47,125 nucleotides of DNA from Chiloscyllium plagiosum. Taxonomy: Eukaryota. The stretch lies in contig NC_057719.1 in NCBI RefSeq assembly GCF_004010195.1, positions 24,591,465 to 24,638,589 on the forward strand. The letters are read 5' to 3'. The notes under the pieces are model-generated. The model searched no databases. It saw only the letters and a program-made list of their open reading frames with translations, and was not told where the DNA came from. The position numbers and the translations under genes are program-made. This document shows positions 23,847 to 36,846 of this stretch, in pieces. How positions within the stretch are numbered: position 1 is the first letter of the stretch; each line of letters starts with the position of its first letter.

Positions 23847-24314
23847 AGATTAGATTAGATTAGATTAGATTACACAGTGTGGAAACAGGCCCTTCGGCTC
23901 AACAAGTCCACACCGACCCGCCGAAGCGCAACCCACCCTCCTACATTTACTCCTGCACCTAACACTACGGACAATTTAGCATGGCCAATTCACCTGACTG
24001 CACAAGATTAGATTAGATTACACAGTGTGGAAACAGGCCCTTCGGCTCAACAAGTCCACACCGACCCGCCGAAGCGCAACCCACCCCCCTACATTTACTC
24101 CTGCACCTAACACTACGGACAATTTAGCATGGCAAATTCACCTGACTGCACATTTTTGGACTGTGGGAGGAAACCGGAGCACCCGGAGGAAACCCACGCA
24201 GACACGGGGAGATTGTGCAAACTCCACCACAGTCAGTCGCCTAAGGCGGGAATTGAACCCAGATCTCTGGCGCTGTGAGGTAACAGTACTAACCACTGTG
24301 CCACCGTGCCGCCC
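23847..24314 (-). mobile_element. HE1 SINE (24005-24314) plus a tandem duplicate of its 3' part (23847-24004)
   Basis: Minus-strand A-box TGGCACAGTGG and B-box GGTTCAATTCC; (GATTA)n tails at 23847 and 24005. Confidence 0.95.
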
Positions 24315-25122
24315 ATGTAGTGACAGGCTCAGGGGGTAATGATGAGATTTGCAGTAATAACTCCAGGTGATTTGTAGAAACATGGGTGTTTGATAGTGAT
24401 GAGCTGTCCAGAGACAGCCAGATAGAGGTGGTCATGGAGATTCAGGTAGACCCTGAGGACCAGCTTAAGCCTGGGACTCAAGTTGCAGATCGCAAGCTAT
24501 GTTGATCTCCATGATCCTTCAGTTCTTAATTGTGACCTCTAAATGGAAAATGACCACAGCCACACTCAGAGTGAGTGGATTTTTTCTGTTGTAGCACATG
24601 GGCTCCACCTCTCAACTATCAGGTATCCTTCAAGGGGAAATTGCATAAATCATGCCTTTCCAGAGGACATCAAGTCATTCGCAATCATTTCAAACTACAT
24701 GTGAAATTTATGAAGAGTGCAACTGTGTGGGTGCAAATGCTGGTCAGAGATAGTTTCGCCCATGTCATTGGTCATTGCAGATTCTCTGTGAAACAGAAGT
24801 GATCACAGGTGACCTTAAAAGAGGCACCCGTGAACCACAAAGCACAAAAATAATGCGAGCTCTCATAATTAGCACAAGGTTACGGAATTGATTCGAATTT
24901 AGTTTGAATTCTACGTACAGTGTAAGATATTCTTATCTGCAGTGATACCTTTTCATGGGTGATGTGAGGCTGGGAGGAGACTAGTTCCACACTCGTGCAC
25001 CATTTACAGGAAGTTACTGTCTCATTGCACCATGGCTGGTGCCGCATTGATTGGAGAAAGGTCCAATGTCAAAGTTCCATGTAGACCTATTTCATGCCCT
25101 TCCTTGTTAAAGTACTCCATGA

Positions 25123-25430
25123 AGGAGTAGGTGATGGCCTAGCAGTTTTGTAGCTTAGGTTATTACTCCAGACATTCCTGATGAAGGGCTTATGCCCAAA
25201 ACGTCGCTTCTCTTGATCCTTGGATGCTGTCTGCCCTGCTGTACTTTTCCATCACACATTTGTTACTCTGGAGACCCAACTAACAGTTGGGGACCCAAGT
25301 TCAAATACTGCCATGGTAGATGATAAAAATTGAGTTCAATAAAAATCTGGAAATATAAAAAGTCTAATGATGGTTATGAAGCTGTTATTGGCTGTCTGGA
25401 AAAACCTATCTGGTTCACTACTGTTCTTTC
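25123..25430 (+). mobile_element. Old tRNA-headed SINE-like element containing a mini PLE (about 25175-25262)
   Basis: TGGCCTAGCAG..AAGTTCAAATAC degenerate A/B boxes; the insert starts ATTCCTGATGAAGGGCTTATGCCCAAAACGTC. Confidence 0.6.
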
Positions 25431-26168
25431 ATTTGATACAAATGACATGTAGCTGGTTTCTATCAAAATTCAGTTCATTGTATTTTCTATTCAGGTGAAG
25501 GTATTTTTAAATTGATTGTTGTCGCATCTGTAGTATGCTGTCAAATCACAATAGCTGTGAGATTTTAACCAGGCAGTTGACCAGTTTACAATAAGTTACA
25601 GTCTAATGATTAAACACTAATTCATAATGATTTTAGAAAATGGTCCTACAGGTTCTTCTCTAGAAGCCAAAAATGTGTTTTGCTGAAAGGGTCGTATGTC
25701 TCAAAAACATAACTTTACAGATGCAGCCTTCCAGAACAGAGCTCCTTCCTTCAAGGGTGAATATTGGGAAATCCTACGCATGCTACCCCTGAATTTCTTG
25801 TCTTCTGTTTTATAAAGGCAAAGTTCCATAAGCATGGTAGACACATGGAACATCTTTTGTAATGGAATTTAATTTTAAATTTAAGACCCTTCAGTAGTTT
25901 CTAATGTAGAAATATAATGATAAAGATGAAAGGGAACCTGTGATATATCCTCAAGCACTCAGAGTAAATTAAACAGTTAAGAAGACTTTGCTCAACATTC
26001 TGTTCTCAAAAACAGTGCAGCACTCCCTTTTAACACTGAAAAGTCTTACCCTTTAACAAAACACATATAAAATGCATGTGCTTAACAATTACTAAGAAAT
26101 ACTAACAATTAATATTTTTCTGTTTTGTTTTTCATTACATTTAACAACCCTACTCCCTCTGGATACAG

Positions 26169-26268
26169 GAAGCCGATGCGGAAAGAAGAGAATGGGACAA
26201 ATCGAGCTGAATATGCAATGACCTCCCAAAATGACAAAATGCCAGATGCAAATAGTGCAATCATTTAA
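26169..26268 (+). CDS. PRIMA1: PRiMA last coding exon (cytoplasmic tail)
   Basis: CAG| acceptor ending at 26168; the first G completes the phase-2 Arg codon of the previous exon. Reads KPMRKEENGTNRAEYAMTSQNDKMPDANSAII*, matching human KPLRKDENGTSVAEYPMSASQSNKGVDVNNAVV* (recalled). TAA at 26266-26268. Too short to appear in the ORF track. Confidence 0.95.
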
Positions 26269-28595
26269 CATTTTCTTTAAAAAAAAGCCACAAAGATGTT
26301 TCAAGACAGACAACTGTCTAGTTCAAAATACACACAATGTGCTTTGTGCAAAGATTGAAAAGGTGTTCTGAAGATAAGGACATAATTTCAAAAAATATAG
26401 TGAGCACATCAGTTATTCAGAGCATAGAAACAGACTTCCCTTCAATCACATTGATTGTGAGGTGAAGGATAAGCCTGCCAATCAAGTAAGAGACAGCTCC
26501 TTACAAAGGCATAATCGCTGATTGCAGCTTCCACTGAAAACAACAGCTTCAAGATGCCTCATCACCTGGGTGAATATCAACTAGTTCTTGCAAGCAATCT
26601 ATAAACTCTCTCTAAAGCAATCTACTAGAATAGTTATAACTTGCTGTATTCAGTTGCAAGTGGAGGTGCTCGTGTTGAAGTGTTTACTCACGTGACCTAG
26701 TGTTTCCAGAATAAAACAAGTTACAGTGAAAAAGGAGGGAAAATCACTTCTCATAAAGCCACTGAACTAACAAAGAACGTTGGCTTCCACCACAAAAAGT
26801 GCATCTGCAGTTTGATAGACTATGCAATTTTTTTTCTTGGAAGACACCTCATCCAAATATACTAATTTTTTCAGAATATACAGCCAGTAAAGGTTTGTGA
26901 ATCACTTTGTAAACAGGTGTTTTTTAAGCTTCATTGGCACAATCATAGTTTGACTTTATTGGTAAAGCCTTTTTCACACTGGCAGGTTTATCCCAGGTTG
27001 TTTTGGCATTATCTCAAATCACAACTGAGTGCTGTTAATAGTCACAAACTTGGTAAAATATTATGTTTCTTTGTTCATGACCAAATCAAACAGTTTATAC
27101 TTCAAGATGGAGCATTGATTTTCTATATCAAACGTATTATATAATGATTTGTAGAACTTCAAACGCAGTGTTTTCTAATAACCATTGGCAATAGTCATTG
27201 GTGATTGAATAGGTTCAACAAATTCAGTCAGGGCAGATTGTTCATCCCTTCACACTTCTTTAAACTCTTTCATTATTACATTGATGCTTTTCACTTCTAG
27301 ATTTTTGTTTGTGTGAATATTCCTAATATCCTTTCCATTGAATTTTAAAGACTACTTCCAATTTTCAAAGAAAACTTTCTCCCACTTTTCAATCTAAGTG
27401 TATGCTTAGCAAGCAAACTGATTTGGAATTGTATCATTCTTTGGCAGTTGAAAGAAATTTGAAATGTTTTTGTGTGTTGCCTTTTACATGTATGCTTCTA
27501 AGACTGAAATGAGATGCCTTCAAATGCAAAAATGTAGTCCAGTGTAAAAAAGGCTCTAGTTTACTCAAGTTATGACTAAGATATATTTATGGCTTTTTAG
27601 TGTTTTTTTTAATACTGAAACCACACCCCACTCTCCTTTAATGGGAAAACAATAATGTGTTGTGATAACTGCTTTTAGTATTCACTAATGGGTTAAACAA
27701 TCTAGATCTTAACTGGAAAGTTCCTGAGTTATTCCTTTTAGTTTATGATTAACACACAGAGAACATGGCTATTTGTGACATATTCAAATCGACTGCATGC
27801 AACTGTAAGAATGTATATAGACTGAATGTCAAAATGATTAGCATGGCCCAGGTTCAGGATTATTTTTGATTGCATTTCTCTAAATTATCCTCCAATCTTT
27901 TAGAAGTATGAAGGTTTATGTTATTCATACAGATCTGTTCTTGTAAATTCCTTAGCAGTGAATCAACTTGTGCAAGTTATCTACAAGCGTTCCTTCTTTC
28001 AACAATTGGTAGCCAGCCTGTGTACTTTTCTTCAGCTGGTTATAAAGGAGTTGGAAATTGGTTTAGGTATTTTATCACCCTTGTTTGAAGTCCACACAGG
28101 GCAGACAATTTAAACAGTGTCAGTATTCATCCTAGAATCTACATCGTTTTGATATGCAAGTTGGACATAACTTAACCACAATTCAAATTTTGCTACATCC
28201 AAATTCATTGATCCTCCATGTCAAGAAATGTGGACTGCAGAATGGGCGATAACACTGTCTCCCTAATTTGTGGTGACTCAGCACTGGAAGCATGGGATGT
28301 TGAATTTATTCTGCTTTTTTTCAGCTTTGAAAGGGATCCTTCAACTAGGTTTCTCAATATAAAACAAATTGTGCTTTCACTCATTTTGGAAAGGCTTTGT
28401 GAATCAGTGAAGGAACAGTTAAACATAACCATAATCAGAGAAACAGGAAATGTTTTTGGCAGCTGACTGTGACATGTGCAGAACACTGCCAAATATATAA
28501 AATGATACTATTTAGAAATCTGAAGTATTTCTGTTATTGGTGTACATTTTTCTGGTATAATAATATCCTATTAAACATCAGTCCACAATCTGCTG
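26269..28595 (+). other. PRIMA1: Probable PRIMA1 3' UTR; candidate poly(A) signals AATAAA 26710-26715 and ATTAAA 28570-28575
   Basis: AT-rich stretch free of recognisable repeats after the stop codon; TGTA at 28541 upstream of the ATTAAA; a CR1 starts just after. The 3' end is a guess. Confidence 0.5.
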
Positions 28596-28631
28596 TCACA
28601 ATAATGGTGAGACTAATGAATGTCCATTATT

Positions 28632-29417
28632 CAGAGTCCTAGAGTCAAGGAGACGTACAGCATAGAAACAGATCCTTCAGTCCAACTCGTCTATGCCAAC
28701 CAGATGTCCTAAATTAATCTAGTCCCATTTGCCAGCAATTGGCCCATATTGCTCTAAATCCTTCCTATTCATATACACATCCAGATGCCATTTAAATGTT
28801 GTAACTGTACCAGCCTCCACCTCCTCCTCTGGCAGCTCATTCCATAATGCATCACCCTCTGTACGAAAATGTTGTCCTTTAGGTCCATTTCAAATCTTGT
28901 CCCCCTCGTTTTAAACCTAAGCTTTCTAGCTTTGGATTCCACTAATCTGGGAAAAAGACCTCACCAATTCACTCTATACATGCCTCTCATGATTTTATAA
29001 ATCTCTCTAAGGTCACCCCTCAGAATCTGACACTCCATGGAGAATAGCGCCAGCCTCTCCCTATACCGCAAACATTCCAACCCCAGCAACATCCTTGTAA
29101 ATCTTTTCTGAACCCTCTCAAGTTTCACAATATGTTCCTATAGCAGAGCAACCAGAATTGAATACAATATTCCAAAAGTAGCCGAACCAATGTCCTGACA
29201 TCCCAACTCCTATAATCAATGCCCTGACCAATAAAGACAAGAATACCAAATGCTTTCTTCACTACCCAGCTACCTGTGATTCCACCTTCGAGGAAGTATG
29301 AACCTACACTCCAAAGTCTCTGTTTGGCAGCATTCCCCAGGACCTTGCCATTAAGTGTACAAGTCCTGCACTGATTTGCCTTTACAAAATGCAACACTTC
29401 ACATTCATCTAAATTAA
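28632..29417 (-). mobile_element. CR1 LINE, 5'-truncated
   Basis: Reverse complement of 39825-40627; ORF 29125-29397. Confidence 0.93.
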
Positions 29418-30554
29418 TTTCTGTGCAAATACTACAACTTCAGACAAGGACAAATACATAATTAAATTCAAATATCCAAAAGCTGATGCTTGGATTGTGC
29501 CATTTCACCTTTAGTTTTGTGCAAGTGTCATGTTGCTTATCTAGCTCAATATGAAAATTCATTGATTATTGTGAAGTTGCCATATTTGTCCAGTGAAAAC
29601 AAAGTCACCATAGCAAGTTACATTTTTTAAATTTCCAAAGACGAAGACCTGGAAGAATGATGTTCCATATTTGCAAAAGGTACTTTCCAGTATGAGAGTA
29701 ATTGCTTGACAATATTTAGCACATACTGCATCATTAAAAGGAGCAAATGGAAGAAACTTAACTTTCCAGATAGCACAGAGCTTGAATATTGCCAAAAAGA
29801 AGAGACAGTTGAAGCTTTTCATCTTAACTGGTGCACAAACCAAATTTCAAAGTCAGTCATAATATGGACGGCGTGGGAAACAAGCATGGTGTTGATTTGT
29901 TGCCAAGTCAGCTTTGAATGGTCAAAGCATTGCTGTGAGAATGCACAAGGGAGCTAGTTTGCCCCCAGCCTTCTGCTTAATTCAAAAGGGCATAGTATTT
30001 GAGCAAATTAATTTTGCCTGCTTCAGACAGGATATACAATAATATGAGTAGTTTCTAGCAAAAATAGCTGAGCTATCTTTTGAATTCATAGCACATACAG
30101 GATTATTCTGCAAGTGCTAGTCAATTACAGAGTTACATCTACTATTAGACATTATGTAAGCCCCAAAGAGCATCACACTCCTTTCAGCTGTTTGCAGTAG
30201 GCAGAGTAATGATTGTACTTAACAATAATATTTGATGTCCAGTCAGGCACATTTTGGCATAAGCCTCTCCTGCTGCCCATTAGATCTGAGCAGCAGAGGT
30301 TGAAGCACTTAAGTGAGCAACCAAAGCCTACTTTAAGTGTATTATTTGGGCCATGGGTAAGCAGTCCAAGCAGTGCTTTCCCTACAGCTTGTAAAATCAC
30401 AGCGAGGCCAGATGGTTGGGCAGCGATCATGATGGGAGTGGCACAATACCTAATTTCTATGGGTCTACCCAGTTGTTTTTCTGCCCACAGACATCCAGTA
30501 AAAGGTAAATCATGATTCAGGTCTCTGAACTTCCATCAGAAATTTTGTTTTACC

Positions 30555-30648
30555 TTTTACATAGATGCTATTTGATCAGCTGAGTATTCTGAATGTTCAG
30601 CGTTTATTTAAGATTGATCACAGCATCCTCACCATTTTGCTTTTTGCA
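30555..30648 (+). mobile_element. Decayed pLTR end
   Basis: AGATGCTATTTGATCAGCTGAGTATT..CAGCATCC..ATTTTGCTTTTT. Confidence 0.45.
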
Positions 30649-31239
30649 TGAAAGTTAAATCTTACCCATTTTAATTACAGTGCCATTTTAATGATGCACT
30701 AAATGCTAGTTTTTGCCAAGCAATGCCTTTTAATATGACCATTAACTATTGGAAATGGGAAGCTTCATTCCTCTAGATTTTAAAATGGGAGATTCCAAAG
30801 TGCAAAAATTAAAGAAAAACGTTTGACTTGTTCTTTCTCTCTGTCTTTCATTGCCTCTCTCTCATCTTGTGACTGATTTGACATCGAATCCACCCACACT
30901 AATTCATATTTTATGTTCAATCTTTGTATCGCTAATTTCACATTCCTTTAATTTGACTGGCTAAGAAGGCCTACTCACCTAACTCTCAGATGTCCAGGTT
31001 TCCCTCACTGCAACATTATTAGTTTATTTTCAACAACATGCCATGCAAAAAGATCTACAAGGGCAAGTTAATGAACAGTGGACATTGGTTGCTCTGCCTT
31101 AACAAATTATGGTGATTTATTTTGGTTTATAGCAACTCAAATTGCTGTATATGTGATGGATGATGTGTTTAGAACATTAGGAAATAGGAGCAGAGTAGGC
31201 TATCCCCACTGTTCTACAACATCACAGATCATCATAGAT

Positions 31240-31385
31240 ATTGACTAACAAAGGAGTCAAAGCTTATCGGCGCAGGGCAAGAATGTGAATTTGAGGCCCC
31301 AAACAGATGAGTCATTATCTTATGAAACAGTGGAACAGGCTTGAGTGATTAAATGGCCCAGTAGTAGTCCCTAATTTATAGTTCA
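31240..31385 (+). mobile_element. Old CR1 tail
   Basis: Similar to 175-320 and 18270-18412. Confidence 0.55.
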
Positions 31386-32240
31386 TTTTGTCTACCTGAT
31401 CTTGAAATATAATCACTTCTAGTTTTACAATTGTTTCCATGGTACAGAATTTTTTACGATAGGTAGAAACAATAGCAATGCTCATTCCTAAATGTGTCAC
31501 TGATATGTCCCAGTTGTATACTTAGCTAAAGTGTATACTTGAGAGTACATGAGGTAGTTCATGAAAGTGCTTCAGTATACTTCAGGGGTGATTGCACACA
31601 GGCTTTTCTCTTTGATTCTTCCCATCAATTTCTAAATTAGATTTTCTTCCAATGAACAATGTCAAGGGAATGGATACCTTTCTAATTATGTTGAGAGGGA
31701 CACAATAGGGTGATTTATTACATACTTTTCTCACAGACAACCTAAAGTGCACCTCAATATCCATATTGGTAAATATCTACATACAACTGAGCTGTCCACC
31801 CACTCAGTTTTGTGACATAAAAGGATACAGTGCAGAAGTTGTAACAAAGCATTTATTTTTAAAATGGCTAGATTAACACAGTTGTTAATGTAGTGTCAGG
31901 CTTGGATTTATAATTAACATTTGGGTTTTACCGATCTGCAAATAGACAAATTTAAATTCTATTCTGCATTTATAGGGTAAAATACTGCAAAAAATTCTCT
32001 CCCCCATTTTCTTTCATACTGGAATTTCTTTCACAAAGATGGTATCTGGATAAACTGTTCTGAGACTTCACCTAGTGCTGCAGTTGACCAGAGGAGATTG
32101 ATGAGGGTGATTGGGTGTGTTTGACCCTCCAATTTCTTTCCTCATTGCAGACTGTTGACCTTTAATAGCAGAGTTGAGACTTTTAGCTGACCAAGCAAGA
32201 AATAGGTAAAACCAATGACTCATACTATGGTTTGCTATTC

Positions 32241-32294
32241 TTAGATTAGATTAGATTAGATTAGATTATTTACAGTGTGGAAACAGGCCCTTCG
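32241..32294 (-). mobile_element. HE1 SINE extreme 3' tail with (TTAGA)5
   Basis: TTAGA repeats followed by TACAGTGTGGAAACAGGCCCTTCG. Confidence 0.85.
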
Positions 32295-33358
32295 ATGTGG
32301 TGCATTTCCAGAGTTCTCCAAATTGCTAACCGATTCCTGTAGCATTACTGGCCCATTAAGAAAATAGCTTCCAGAGAATACGATGTAGACAGTTTAAGGC
32401 TCACTAGAACATTGCATTGAATCTTAACTAGTGTGAGTTGCATATGTTGGGGATCTGAGTGTCTGCTGGCAAACCCAGAAGTTTGCATTTCCCATTGACT
32501 ATGACTTTTGACTCCACAGCTTGCTTTGAGGCAGCTTCAAGCTAGTAACAGAATTGGCTGCCAGTCACCATGACAAGCACGCTGGAAGATGCTGTAGTCA
32601 CAGAAATATTTACTGCTACTAGTGGGGAGGGACTGACTGTGGTGATTCCTTGATTTGTTCTGTGGGAAAGTTGTCTGATTTGGGGAATTGGGACAAAGCT
32701 CTTCGCTTCTGCTCAAAATTGTCTTCATCTCCCTTTAGCAGTCCTACATATCAGGTTAAATCAGAGGCTGCCTGCCTCATTACAGTTTTGAATTGGTGAA
32801 CCCATCTCCCACCACTGAATTAATTGACTGGCCTGTCCACTTCTTTTAGACCTCAAGGTGGGTGTGTTGGAGTTAGCTTTGAGGTTTTTAAACATGTTAA
32901 CCTTTCATCTGATCTACACTTGACTGTTTCAAGGGTTTGAGTTTCATTCCATTGAGTTGTAAACATTAGTCAAAATTCTGATAACCTCCATTTCTCCGGA
33001 CCTAGTTTTAGATACTTACCATGATACTTAAAGGTTGCCATTGCAACAAAACTGTAAATTGACATCTGTATAAAAAGAGAGAGACTTGTATCTTTGCCAT
33101 AAGAAAGATAACATGGGTAGAGTACAGAAAGGAAAATCTGCCAGGGAGGGTCATAAGCCTTTTACAGGACTCACTGGATGATTCTTTCTTTCCCAATGTG
33201 CAATCCACTCTGCTATGTTCTCCTTTCCATGCTCTATTCAAGTGATGTTTATGTGGTAAGGATCAAAAATTCCCATGTCTTTAGAAAAAGAGAGCCTGCA
33301 TTTATACATCTTTCACATTCACAGGAATCCCAAAACACTTCACATCCAATAACTGATT

Positions 33359-33850
33359 AACATAGAAACTAGGAGCAGGAGTTGACCTTTTGCCCTTCAT
33401 CTCTGCACTACCATTCAATCTTCTATCTGAATGCCACATTCCTGCTTTCTCCACATCCCACTTGATGCTTTTAAAAACTAAAATTTCTCCTTATCTCTTT
33501 TTTAAAATATATTCAGTGATTTGGTTTTCTGTGATAGAAAATTCCACAAGTTCACTATTCTTTGATTAAATAGTCCTACATGGTCTACCCCAGGTTCTAG
33601 ATACCCCAATCAGGGAAAACATTCTCCCTGCATGTAGTCTGTCTAACTCTGTTAGAAATTTATATGTTTCAATCAGCTTCACTCACTTCCTTTTAAACTC
33701 TAGTGAGTACAGGCTGATGCAAACCAAACTCTCCTTATAGGACAGTCCTGCCATCCACGGTCAGCCTAATGAACCTTTGATGCACTTCTTCTATGATAAG
33801 TATGTTCTCTTTTAAGTAGGGAGATCAAAATTGCACGGAATAATCCAGAT
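33359..33850 (-). mobile_element. CR1 3' fragment
   Basis: ACATAGAAACTAGGAGCAGGAG tail; reverse-complement similarity to 44240-44725. Confidence 0.8.
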
Positions 33851-36846
33851 TAATTTTTAAAATCATAAACATTGTAAACTAGACAGTTCGTGTTGTTGTT
33901 CATTCACACCTTTAACACAGACAAATCTCTTAGGATTTGCATCCCAGAAAATCACTTTATATTTGTTGCATAGCAGAAAGAGCTTCTGTTTTATTCAACA
34001 CACAGTGATACTCTACTTGCAACTTTTGCTTTTGTTTTGTAGCTAATTGACATGATTCACCTCCTGTCTATACAATTAGCTGAACAGCATATCCACACAA
34101 AATTATATTGAAATACTGGTAACTCTGGAGAGGCTGAGAAATGATCCAAATGAATGAACGTCATTTTTGCAATGCAGGTACTTTCATAAGGATGTCCAGC
34201 TTAATTTTCTCATTATTTTCTCTTTCAAATTTATCCTGTTGTGGTAGGTGTCATGGTATTTCAGTCACTGATTGTCTTTGATTGCCAGCAACAAATCATA
34301 ATGAAAGCTTGAAATTTGTTTTAAATGTTTAAAGAAATTAAATAAGCATTCTAAAATAATCTTGCAGTTTAATATGATTTTACTGAAATTATATCTCCTT
34401 TAGGATCTGCATCACATCCCCCACCCCAACCCACCTTCGGTTCAGTTCTCCACACCCATTTCAACATTTGGATCATTGGAATTCTTTTGCTTTCATACCT
34501 GCATTTCAAAGCATTTTACTAACCATGAACTTCTGTAAAAGAACAATTGCAGGAACAAAGTAGACCCAGAATCTGAAATGGGAAGTGATCTGTCAAGTAT
34601 ATAATGAGATTACTACAGGCACATTGCTTTTGAAGTCAAATTACAATTCTGAGAAAAGTAGATTAAAGTGGAGATTGTCATTGAATTCCTATAACGTAAA
34701 AAGGGAAAGCTTTTCATCAGAATAATTTACCCATGAAGATGCTAGAAGCAAATAAAAATGGCATAATGGACCAAGAAGGATGGCAGCAACATTTTCTTTG
34801 TAATGTCATTTTAAATAATATTTATTTCATTTGTCAGGTCTTAAAACAGCCAGCACTAGTGCATTTGATTTACCGGATCCAGCTGTTCTTCTTGGCAATA
34901 AATATTTATTCTTAGCTATTACATACATAAGCACTCCTGTTTGCAAGAATGGATTCGTCCAACAAAATGTGGTTACATTAGCTCTATGTCATATAAACTT
35001 AAAATATACCGAACATCTGTGCATTTGAAATTATAACCTAAAATGTATTGCAGACACAAACAATAGTGAGAATTAATGCATGAATGTAGATATATAAGAT
35101 TCAGAAACTTGCCTTCGGAGCATTTACTATATGTGCAGAAGAAATACCTTTACAGAAAATGGACCTTGATGGAAAAGTAAAATTAAATTAGAAACTGAAT
35201 TTACTGTTGTCATCTTTTCAGAACAAGCCTTTAATGTACATTTTCGTAACTATAGGTTGTTGCAAAATATGCTTTTTTGATGCTGACCCAATATGCTAAA
35301 CATGTATTGTACATCAGTCTATTTATAATGCACCTACTGATAGTTTTATTTTCAATAAAATGTAAAATTAAAACTGTAAAATTGCCTTTTTTAAACATGT
35401 GTAAGATCACAGGCAAGTTTTTTTTAAATTCCTGGACTATCACCCTATTTTATCATATAACAAACACATTTTGAGCCACTTATAAAATGTGCCACTATGA
35501 AGTAAGTTCTTGTTGACACGTCCTGAAAGCTTGCAAAATAACTATGATAAATTAAAGGAATGTTTTAGTCAAGATCTTACAATTTGCTTGCAATTTGCTC
35601 ATGTTTCAACTGCTGCTGCAGGATAGAGTTCAACACTTGCTATCCCAGAGTTCTTTGCAGTAAAGCAAGGAACAGACTGCCTGACTCAAGAAAAATAATT
35701 ACACAGAGAAGACTGAGAAATGTAAGTGCAGGAGCAAATGTGTTGCAAAACATTTGTACAACATTTGTATAATATATCTGGATGCTTATGTTAATAATAA
35801 CTGCAAATTTTCAGCTCTCAACATTATGGATCCTCTCACCTCCAGAAGTAAGTAACAATGTGATTAGTGTGATAACATAAACATTAGATAATTGCCTCTT
35901 GCACTGACATACTAAAAAACTGAATGCATTAACCTGTTAACATTTAATTATAACCAAGTCCAGAGGGATGAGTAAATACTTTACTTCCCATTCTCATTGT
36001 TGGTACAAAAAAGTGCTTTTCAATATGTACTTAAAATGTCACAATACTATGAAGAACATACCAGTAAAACAGAATTTGGAAGATAGTTTACTCATAAAAA
36101 TCCTCCAGTGGAAGGTATAAACTTAACAAAAAGGTAAAAATGGAATTCTGTGAAATACACACTCACTCGAAGATGCAATTAAACAATAGGGAAGGTAGAG
36201 TTAAAAAAACAATTTCAGTTCTTCAATTAAGAAATTATACATTGGTGATTCATCTGGAAGGAATTGTGCAACAGATATCTATATTTTTAAAAGATTTCAG
36301 TTTGCAGTCGGTTTTTCTGACAAGGCTAACTCTTTTAGCAGAGATTCTATTTAAAAATACCTTATATGGCATTCAAAGAAGCATTAAAGCAACTGAACCG
36401 ATTCAGATCCAGATCAGCATTTGCACCGTGCTATTTTAAACCAGTTAAAGCTGCAAATTGTATTTTGTTTTCAAAATATGCAGCTAAAAAGGGGACAGTG
36501 GCATATTTTGAATGTGGGCATTGGTGATTACTTCACGGCTGCTTGAGGTGGTGCATGCAGTGAGCAAACTGTGCATTGCCTGCTAATTAAAATGAATGCA
36601 GAGTTTAGCCAAGTGCTAAACACACTGCTGAGTGGCTGCTTGCAAAACAAAAGGCCAAGCCATTTGTATGGTTGGTGCTGGCTTGCACCTCTTGAGGCTA
36701 AAGCAGATGGTGGAGCTTTTTTCCAAACTTATCCCTGAGAAGATAGAATGTGCAGCAATGGAATGTGTCAAACTATTCTGTTCTCTGATGCATCACTGAA
36801 GGCCTTTAATACTTCAGAGTTTTTGGTGTTTAGAATGTTTGGTTAT

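Larger units (their letters stand above)
4848..26168 (+). other. PRIMA1: PRIMA1 last intron (21,321 nt, GT..AG, phase 2)
   Basis: Joins the two coding exons in frame (..AIK AG|G KPM..). Confidence 0.9.

Noticed and set aside
23847..23872. (GATTA)n and (TTAGA)n as telomeric or CRISPR-like repeats
   Set aside because: These are SINE 3' tails; not TTAGGG and no spacers.
24240..24314. tRNA gene
   Set aside because: The A/B boxes are the head of an HE1 SINE; same for 19260-19329 and 43757-43830.
28205..28492. Overlapping ORFs on both strands after the PRIMA1 stop
   Set aside because: No recognisable domain or splice support; length expected by chance in UTR-like DNA.
31968..31992. Minus-strand TTTTACCCTATAA resembling the UNC79 C-terminus (UNC79 neighbours PRIMA1 in human, recalled)
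   Set aside because: The upstream codons and stop frame do not fit; no UNC79 exon recognised in the window.
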